This document shows positions 52,796 to 60,800 of a DNA stretch of 63,678 nt, one piece after another. Position 1 is the first letter of the stretch. Every line of letters begins with the position of its first letter. The notes beneath the pieces are model-generated. The model ran no database searches. It had not been told where the DNA came from and worked only from the letters and a program-made list of their open reading frames with translations. The DNA comes from a virus (taxonomy: Duplodnaviria; Caudoviricetes): the IMG/VR virus record IMGVR_UViG_3300017565_000005, positions 1-63,678 of that record. One strand, 5' to 3'. A program made the translations under genes and the position numbers.

Positions 52796-54550
52796 ATGAC
52801 GACGCTGCGCTTGACGGGGTTCTCTGGTGAAGTGCCACGGCTCATTCCCAGGTTGCTGGCCGATGGGTTCGCCCAGGCGGCCTACAACACGCGCCTGGAT
52901 GATGGCGGCCTGACGCCGGTACGCCTGCCGCGTCACGTCACGCACCTTCCGATCGAAGAATATCCGGAAAACATCGGCACGATCTTCGCCTATGGCGAAA
53001 CGTGGCTTGCTTGGGAAGGGCTTGTCCATGTCTTGCGCGGGCCTGTCGCGCAGGAGCGTCTTTATATATTCGGCGACGGCAAGCCCAAGATCCGCGTCGA
53101 AGATGACGAATACGACCTTGCGATTTTGCCGCCCGATACGGGGCTCACGGCAACGCTCGAAGGTTCGGCTACTTCCGATCTGGTATCGACCCGCCTGTAC
53201 GTCTACACGCTGGTCTCTGACATGGGCGAAGAAACCGAGCCAAGCCCCGTGAGCAACAGCGTCGATTGGTTTCCTGGGCAGACCGTAAAGCTGTCTGGCT
53301 TCGTCGCCACGTCGCCCAATCGCACGATCACGCACCAGCGCATCTATCGATCCGCGACGGGCACCAGCGGCGGCTCCGACTTCTATCTGCTAGAGGAACG
53401 CGCGGCCAGCACCGACGATTTCACCGATGATTATTCGCCCGAGGATTTTCAGGAACGGCTGCCGTCTCGCAACTGGAATCCGCCGCCCGATGACTTGAAA
53501 GGCGCGATCGCGCTGCCCAACGGCATGATGGCGGCGTTCGTGGGCAAGGATCTGTATCTGTGCGAGCCATGGCGTCCGCACGCATGGCCGGAAATATACG
53601 TCCAGACCACGGATTTCGATATCGTCGGGCTCGGGGCCTACGGCAACACCATCGTCGTCACCACCAAGGGTAATCCCTACATCGTCACCGGCTCGACGCC
53701 GGAATCCATGACGATGGAAAAGCTTGAACTGAACCTGCCGTGCATCAACGCGCGCGGCATTCAGGACTTGGGCTACACGGTGGTCTATCCCTCGCACGAG
53801 GGCCTTGTGACCGTCTCGAATGGTTCGGCCGCCGTGACAACCACGTCGCTCATGTCGCGCGATGGCTGGCAGGCCATGAATCCGGTTTCGATGGTGTCGG
53901 GCCAGTTCAACTCGCGCTATTTTTCCACCTACGACTACACCGACGATCGCCTGAACCGGCATACCGGCACGCTCATCTTCGACTTCACCGGCGAGCAACC
54001 GTTCATCATCCGCTGGGACAGCACGCCGAGCGCCTATTTCTACGACATCACGCAAGGCAAGCTGTTCTTCCTGCTCGACCGTGACGTGTTCGAGTATGAC
54101 GCGCCGGGGCAGGTCAACGCGATGCAGTTCTGGCGCTCGAAGGAATTCGCGCTTCCTCGTCCTGTGAACTTCGGCGCGATCCTCGTCGAAGTCGATGGCG
54201 ATCTCACCGAGGCGGAACTGGCCGCACTCGAAGCGCAGCGCGAGGCGGTGATCGAGGAAAACGAAACGCTCATGTCGATGCCGTCGATCGGCGGCGAACT
54301 GAATGGGTCGATGATCAACCAGTACGCGCTCGACGATGACGCTTTGAAGGAAATTCCGAAGCTGAACCGTACCGTGTCGGTGCAGGTTTATGCAGACGGC
54401 AAACTGGCAGCGTCTGTCAGCCGGTACAACAGCATGGATCGCCTGCCGTCAGGCTTTATGCCGATGCGATGGTCGATATCCGTGTCCTCGGACATGCCGG
54501 TATCGCAAATCACGATGGCGACGACCGGCGCTGAACTGATGGACGTGTGA
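52796..54550 (+). CDS. Tail hub / head-closure protein (P22 gp10-like)
   Basis: FSGEVPRLIPRLL, RLYVYTLV, LPNGMMAAF, EPWRPHAWP. Confidence 0.8.
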   Translation: MTTLRLTGFSGEVPRLIPRLLADGFAQAAYNTRLDDGGLTPVRLPRHVTHLPIEEYPENIGTIFAYGETWLAWEGLVHVLRGPVAQERLYIFGDGKPKIRVEDDEYDLAILPPDTGLTATLEGSATSDLVSTRLYVYTLVSDMGEETEPSPVSNSVDWFPGQTVKLSGFVATSPNRTITHQRIYRSATGTSGGSDFYLLEERAASTDDFTDDYSPEDFQERLPSRNWNPPPDDLKGAIALPNGMMAAFVGKDLYLCEPWRPHAWPEIYVQTTDFDIVGLGAYGNTIVVTTKGNPYIVTGSTPESMTMEKLELNLPCINARGIQDLGYTVVYPSHEGLVTVSNGSAAVTTTSLMSRDGWQAMNPVSMVSGQFNSRYFSTYDYTDDRLNRHTGTLIFDFTGEQPFIIRWDSTPSAYFYDITQGKLFFLLDRDVFEYDAPGQVNAMQFWRSKEFALPRPVNFGAILVEVDGDLTEAELAALEAQREAVIEENETLMSMPSIGGELNGSMINQYALDDDALKEIPKLNRTVSVQVYADGKLAASVSRYNSMDRLPSGFMPMRWSISVSSDMPVSQITMATTGAELMDV

Positions 54551-54551
54551 C

Positions 54552-54818
54552 GTGGCCGAAACATCCGCATCGCAGGCGCGCTTGATTGAAAAGGTCGAAA
54601 TCCTCGACGGCAGCCGCAATCGTCAGTCGCGGCACAGGGCGGCGGTGCGCGTTGAGGATCTGCGCCACCTGACGGCGCTGTCGGCCCGGCCGAGGGCGAA
54701 AAAGGCGCAAGGTCCGAGCGTGACCGTGGACGAATATAACGCCCTGGTCGATGACATCGCGGCGCTGTACGAAAGCCTGGGCGCGACGGGCGCGATTTTG
54801 CGGGCGAAGGACGGTTAA
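54552..54818 (+). CDS. Small virion-associated protein
   Basis: EKVEILDGSR...AAVR; EYNALVDDI. Confidence 0.7.
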   Translation: MAETSASQARLIEKVEILDGSRNRQSRHRAAVRVEDLRHLTALSARPRAKKAQGPSVTVDEYNALVDDIAALYESLGATGAILRAKDG

Positions 54819-54852
54819 AAAGCTTTATCACTGGTGCTATTAACGCTACAAT

Positions 54853-54869
54853 GGTGATAAATTCTCACT
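54853..54869. promoter_or_regulatory. 17-bp operator upstream of the internal-protein operon
   Basis: GGTGATAAATTCTCACT in an AT-rich gap. Confidence 0.68.
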
Positions 54870-54882
54870 ATCGTGTGGCGGG

Positions 54883-55329
54883 ATGAAAACTGTCGTTTAC
54901 GGCCATAACTACAGGTTCGTGTATTGGGCTGAAGATGTGATCGGGCTGGAGTTCCGATCCGATGCCGAATCCATCGGGCTTGAGGACGGCGAGGGCAACA
55001 TTCTCGCCGCTACCGTGTTCGACAACTTCAGCGCCTGCGACGTGAGCATGCACATTGCCAGCAACGGCTCGCGCGCGTGGCTGAACCGGGAATTCATTGT
55101 CCGGTGCTTCGCTTATCCGTTTCTTCAATGCAAGGCGCGGCGCGTGACGGCCCTGGTGGCGTCGAGAAACGAGCGGTCGCTGAAATTTACGCAAGCTTTC
55201 GGCTTCGTGGTCGAGGGCAGATTGAAAGATGCCTTGCCGGATGACGACATCATCCTGTTCGGCATGACGAGGGATGTGGGGCTGGGCGTAATCCGAAAAT
55301 ACTCTAAAGGAGCCTTGCATGGGCGGTAA
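54883..55329 (+). CDS. GNAT-family acetyltransferase-like protein
   Basis: FAYPFLQ...RRVTALVASRNERSLKF...GFVVEG. Confidence 0.85.
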   Translation: MKTVVYGHNYRFVYWAEDVIGLEFRSDAESIGLEDGEGNILAATVFDNFSACDVSMHIASNGSRAWLNREFIVRCFAYPFLQCKARRVTALVASRNERSLKFTQAFGFVVEGRLKDALPDDDIILFGMTRDVGLGVIRKYSKGALHGR

Positions 55330-56719
55330 AGGCGGCGGCAGCGCACCAAAACCGGATCCACAGATCGGCGAAGCCGCATTGATGAATGCGCAGCTGGGGG
55401 CCGAATACCTCGAATTCGCAAAGCAATCCTACGCCGAGTCGATGCTGCGCCAGGGCGACATCGACGACCTGACGAAACAGGTCATCGAGCAGCAGATGGG
55501 GATTGCCGACGAGCAGCTTGGCATATCCCGCAGTCAGGCCGACATCGCCAAGCAGGTTGCCGACAAACAGATGGGCATCGCGGATCGCCAGCAGGCGCTC
55601 GCGGAAGATGTTGCCGGCAAGCAGATGGCGATGTCCGATAAGCAGCTTGAGATTGCCAACCAGCAGCAGGAATGGGCAACGTCCGATCGCAAGCGCTATG
55701 AGGACGTGTTCCTGCCCGTCGAGGACCAGTTCATCGACGAGGCGACGAATTACGCCAGCCCCGAGCGACAAGCGCAGGAAGCTGCCGCAGCCAAGGCGGA
55801 CGTACAGAAGCAGGCCGATATCGCGCGCGCGCAGTCGCAGCGCCAAATGGCGAGCATGGGGGTAAACCCCAATTCCGGACGCTTTGCCGGCATCGATCGG
55901 ACGGGAGAACTGGAAACGGCGCTCGCCACGGCCGGCGCGCAGAACAACGCGCGCACGCAGGTCCGCGACAAGGGGCTGGCGCTGAAGGCGGACGTGGCGA
56001 ACATGGGCCGTGGTCTGCCGGCGCAGTCGGCGCAGGCCGCGAGCATTGGCCTCGGGGCCGGGCAGTCGGCGGCGGGTATTGCCGGCGGCGCGGTGGGCAC
56101 GGCCGGCGCGGGGGTCGGAGCGCTGCAAGGCATGGCGGCCGGATACAGCCCGGCGGTCAACTCGCTGCAAGGCGCATCGGCCACGCTCGGATCTGCGCTC
56201 GGAGCCGCGAGCAACGCCAATGCGAACTTCCTCAGTTCGCAAGGCATCATGGGCCAGGGCTACGCGCAGGGCATGCAGGGATACGCCAATCAGGCGAACA
56301 TCCTGAACCAGCAGTACCAGAACCAGCTGAGTGCTTGGGGCATGCAGCAGCAGGCCAATGCGGCCGACGCCTCGGGCATCTTCGGCGCGATCGGCACCGG
56401 CATCGGTCTGGCGTTCTCGTCCAAGAAGGTCAAGGAGAACAAGAAGAAGGTCGATGGCGCGCTGAAGGCCGTCGAGAAGATGCCCGTGGAGCAGTGGAAG
56501 TACAAAGATGGCGTCGAGGACAGCGGCGAGCATATCGGGCCGTATGCCGAAGACTTCCAGAAACATACCGGGCTGGGCGACGGCCAGCGCATTGCGCTTC
56601 AGGACGCCGTGGGCGTCACCATGAAGGCCGTTCAGGAACTGAGCGAAAAGGTCGACGTGATGGCGAAGAAAATGCCGGGGCTGACCGGACGCAGGCAAGA
56701 ACTTCGGAGGGCCGCGTAA
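55319..56719 (+). CDS. Internal virion / DNA ejection protein with C-terminal S74-like chaperone domain
   Basis: MGGKGGGSAPKPDP; Q/A/G-rich; SSKKVKEN...WKYK...HIGPYAEDF. Confidence 0.8.
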   Translation: MGGKGGGSAPKPDPQIGEAALMNAQLGAEYLEFAKQSYAESMLRQGDIDDLTKQVIEQQMGIADEQLGISRSQADIAKQVADKQMGIADRQQALAEDVAGKQMAMSDKQLEIANQQQEWATSDRKRYEDVFLPVEDQFIDEATNYASPERQAQEAAAAKADVQKQADIARAQSQRQMASMGVNPNSGRFAGIDRTGELETALATAGAQNNARTQVRDKGLALKADVANMGRGLPAQSAQAASIGLGAGQSAAGIAGGAVGTAGAGVGALQGMAAGYSPAVNSLQGASATLGSALGAASNANANFLSSQGIMGQGYAQGMQGYANQANILNQQYQNQLSAWGMQQQANAADASGIFGAIGTGIGLAFSSKKVKENKKKVDGALKAVEKMPVEQWKYKDGVEDSGEHIGPYAEDFQKHTGLGDGQRIALQDAVGVTMKAVQELSEKVDVMAKKMPGLTGRRQELRRAA

Positions 56720-57873
56720 TGGCTGGGTTTGGAATTGGTCTTGGCGCGTTCGCCAGCGGTTTCGCGCGCGGGTACGGCATCCGCCGGCAGATAAATGCCG
56801 ACAAGCGGCTTGAGAAAAAGCAGAAGATCGAAGACGCCAAGGTTCAGGCGTTCACCGATGCGCGGACCGATTACGACCGGGATGTCGGTAGCGACGTGAT
56901 TACCCAGGCCGGCGAAATGCACGCGGCCGGTCAGGGCGATCGGTTCAACGTCGATAGCGCCAACGCCAAAGCAAAGGAGCGTACCGGCAGCTTTACCGAG
57001 TATGTGTACCAGAGGGCGCTGCCCAAGATCATCGACACCTTCGTCGCCAATGGCGATATCGAAGGCGCGGAAAAACTTCGCCTGTGGGGCGAGAACGCCA
57101 AGGAGCGCAAATTCACCGAGCAGGCCGGCAAGGCGCTCAACCTGTTCGCCGCCGGCGAGGGCAGCGGGGATTACGAGCCGTTCGCCAAGGAAGCCGTGAA
57201 GATGCTGAACAACGGCGGCTATCCCGTGAAGGCCAACAGCTACGAAATGGTCAAGGACGGCGACGGCAAGCAGACCGGCATCACGTTCGACCTGCAGGAA
57301 GGCGAACACAAGTACAAACGGACGTTCAATTCCATGCAGGAGGTCGGGCAGTTCTTCGCCATGCAGGCCGATCCTCGATCGCGCGTGAAGTGGCTGGAAA
57401 GCCAATCTGCCGCTGCTGACAAGTTCAAGACGAAAATCGCCGAGAAGCGCGCCGAGGCGCAGATCAACCTGTCCAAGGATGTCGCGCTGGAAGATCACCG
57501 GCAGGAAAACCGCTTGCAGCGCGACGGCGCGAAACAGCAGTCGACGCGCCTCGATGCTGAGCGCAAGGCCGATGTGCTGCGCGGTTTCGGCTACGGTGAG
57601 GACACCATCAAGAAATGGATGCCGGCGCTTATGGGCATCCGTGATGATGAGCGCCAGCGCATGTCGAGCGATGACGTTATAAAATTCGCCATGGACACGC
57701 TTTCGAAGAACGATTTCACCTTCCAGCGCGCCAGCCAAGAGCAAAAGCAAAAGATGATCGACGACTTCGTAAATGTATTCATGGCGCGATCCGACAGTAT
57801 TTCGGCGAAACGCAGGGGCAATACGCAGCCTGGGATTACCGGCCGGCCTTCTGACGTTCCCGTTCTTCGCTAA
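56719..57873 (+). CDS. Internal virion protein
   Basis: MAGFGIGLGAFASGFARG; GGAGG SD; lies between the ejection protein and the giant gene. Confidence 0.78.
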   Translation: MAGFGIGLGAFASGFARGYGIRRQINADKRLEKKQKIEDAKVQAFTDARTDYDRDVGSDVITQAGEMHAAGQGDRFNVDSANAKAKERTGSFTEYVYQRALPKIIDTFVANGDIEGAEKLRLWGENAKERKFTEQAGKALNLFAAGEGSGDYEPFAKEAVKMLNNGGYPVKANSYEMVKDGDGKQTGITFDLQEGEHKYKRTFNSMQEVGQFFAMQADPRSRVKWLESQSAAADKFKTKIAEKRAEAQINLSKDVALEDHRQENRLQRDGAKQQSTRLDAERKADVLRGFGYGEDTIKKWMPALMGIRDDERQRMSSDDVIKFAMDTLSKNDFTFQRASQEQKQKMIDDFVNVFMARSDSISAKRRGNTQPGITGRPSDVPVLR

Positions 57874-57891
57874 CATTTCAGGGTAATTCGC

Positions 57892-60800
57892 GTGGCAGAC
57901 AACAACACGTTCGGCCTGAACCCACTTGATCGTGCGATTGCCGACACTGAATCGAGCTTCGAGCCGATCGGCATCGATTTCCAGCGCCAGAACACGCCGG
58001 CCCCTGAGATTGATGCGCGCCAGGCTGACCCGCAGCCCAAGCCGGCACGGGTAAGCGGCAGGGCCGCAGGTGGTCTTGCGCCCCCGAACGCGCTCATGCC
58101 GTTGTTTGAAGGGGCCGCTCGAAAATACGATGTTCCGGTCAACGTCATCATGGCGCTGGCGCAGCAGGAATCGAACTACAACTCCCAAGCCATGGGCTCG
58201 CAGACCAAGTGGGGCCGGGCCATGGGCATGATGCAGTACCTGAATTCCACGGCCAAGGGCCTTGGCATCAACCCGTTCGTGCCCGAGCAGGCGATCGACG
58301 CGGCCGCGATGCAGATCCGCCAGCGCCTGGACAAGGGATACTCGATCGAGGACGCGGTAAAGGAACACTTCGCCGGCCCGGATCGCCGGCTGTGGGGACC
58401 GAAGACCCGCCAGTACGGCATCGACGTGATGAGGAAGGCGCGCGCGCTGTCGGGGCTGTACGGCAGCGGCGCGGACAGTTCGTTCCTCACGCAGGGTCCA
58501 ATGTCCACGGTGCAGGATGGCCCGATGTCTGTGCCTGCCGGCACGGATACGCGCGACTTGAACCTGACCATGCCGAACGTGCAGGACGACCAGGACGCGC
58601 GCGTCGCGGCGCAGATGGCCGAACTGGATCGCCAGGACGGCAAGAATTACATACTGCGCACCAACCCCGGCATGATCGAGCCGGGCAATCTGGACCTGAA
58701 TAACCGTCCTGTCGTCAAGAACGATGATGGATCGATCAGCACGGTACGCTCCATGTCGATCAACATGGACGGCAAGGAATACCTGATTCCGACCATCGGC
58801 CTTGATGGCAAGGTGCTGAACGATGATGAGGCGGTCGAGAATTTCAAGAAGACTGGCCAGCATCTTGGTGTATTCGAGAACGCCGAGAGCGCGACGAAGT
58901 ACGCCGAGAAGCTACATGAGCAGCAGGCCAAGCAGTACGGGCGTCCCGGCGTACTGACGCAGGCGGCCAACGATGCGCTGCGCGGTTTCAGCAACCTGAA
59001 AAATATCGGTGTCGGGCTGGCGGCGCTGGGTGCCGATCTTGTGGGCGCGGACAAGACCGCCGACAGGCTGCTGCAAACCTACATGGACAACGCGGCCGAC
59101 ATCGCCAAGAACAACCCGGCGGTCATCGGCACGTACAAGAACATAAAGTCGCTTGGCGATGCCGGGCGCTATGCGATCGAGGCGGTGGCCGAGAACTTGC
59201 CGATGATGGTTCCGTCGCTTTTGACGGGCGGCATCGGCGCGGCGCTGGCGAAAAAAACGGCCGAGCGCGCCGTCACGCAGTTCATAGAAGGTCAGGTTTC
59301 CAAGGGCGTTGCGCGCGAACTGGCCGAGAAGCAGGCGGCGAAACTTGCCGCGCGGCGCATTCTTGTCGCCAGCGGTGGCGGTGCGGCGCTGTCTTCGATC
59401 GGGATCGAGTCGGGCAACATCTACGGCGACACGTTCCGCGAAACGGGCAAGAAAGCGCCTGGTTTGTCGGTGGCGTTTGGTGTGCCGGCCGGCGTTCTCG
59501 ACGCGATCGAGCCCGTGTATGCGCTCTCGAAGATTGCCGGCCCCGCCGTCAAGCAGCTGGCCGGCGGCATCATCAAGCGCATGGGCAAGGAAGCCGGCAA
59601 GCAGTTCCTGATCGAGGCGGGAACCGAGGGCTTGCAGTCGATGCTGGAGGCCGCACCCAAGTCGATCACCACGGGCAAGCCGTACTGGACCGAGGAATTG
59701 CTCGATGATGTCATCGACTCGGTACTCAAAGGCGGCTTGGCTGGCGGTACGTTCGGCGCTGCGACCGCGCCGTTTCATGGTAGCGGATCTGGCGAAGCGC
59801 CCGCTGCGCCGCCAGCCGGGCCTGCCGTCGAGCCGCCCGCCGCGCCAGCGCCGGGTACGGAGCAGGTTTCGACCGCTCCCAATGGTGACACGGTACGCTG
59901 GACGGAGCCGTCCGAGCCCGACACGCGCGGCCCGCTCACGCGCGCCATGGAGGTTGGCGAGAACGTCGCCGCCAGCAAGCGCGTCGTCGTCACCACGCCG
60001 GCCGGGCAGATAACCGGATTTCTGGAATCGCTCAACGAGGACGGCCAGGGCGGATTCGTCGCTCGCGTGCTGGGCTATGATGGTCAGTATCACCAGTTCA
60101 CGCACAACGATCCGGTCAAGATCCAGACCGAAGCAGCCGCGATGGCAGAACGCCGTGCGCAGATTGAAAGTCAGGAGGTTGTTGATCCTGAAACCGGCGA
60201 AATTCTTACGCAGGAGCCCGCACATGCAGCAGATGATGATGGACGTGAATCAGGCGCTGAGGCTGTTGCGACAGGTGAAGGCGGTGTCGCCGGCGCAGTC
60301 GAAGATGCTGCTGCGCTGCCTGAGAGCGGGCCGGCCGATACCGCCAAGGCTAAACGGCCTGTGCGAAAAGCTGTACCTGCTACAGATCAAGCCTCCGACC
60401 GACAGCCGGCACTAGAAGAACCCGTTGCCGTCGAGGATATGACGGCCGAGCAGTTGGCCGAGCGCCGTGAATACTTGTCGGAGCAGGCCAAGTTAAACGG
60501 CGGATGGAATAAAGCGCTGATACGCGAGCGCACAAAGGTAGAGTCCGCCCAGCGCAAGCTGACACAATCAGAGTCAGCTGGGAACAGGCCCGGAGACGAT
60601 GCAGGGAATGGGTTTAAGGTTGGGCCACAAGATGGGGAGCGCTATCGAGTAAGCATTGTGCCCGGTCTTGGCAGTGCGGTGGCACTGGAAAAGCGGCTAC
60701 CTGCTGGAACGGCGGCAACCTTCTATGTCGGCAAAGATGGCAACCTGATTGATGGTGATGACGTAGATGTTTCCAAAGAAAGCAGTAGATCCAGGGTTTG

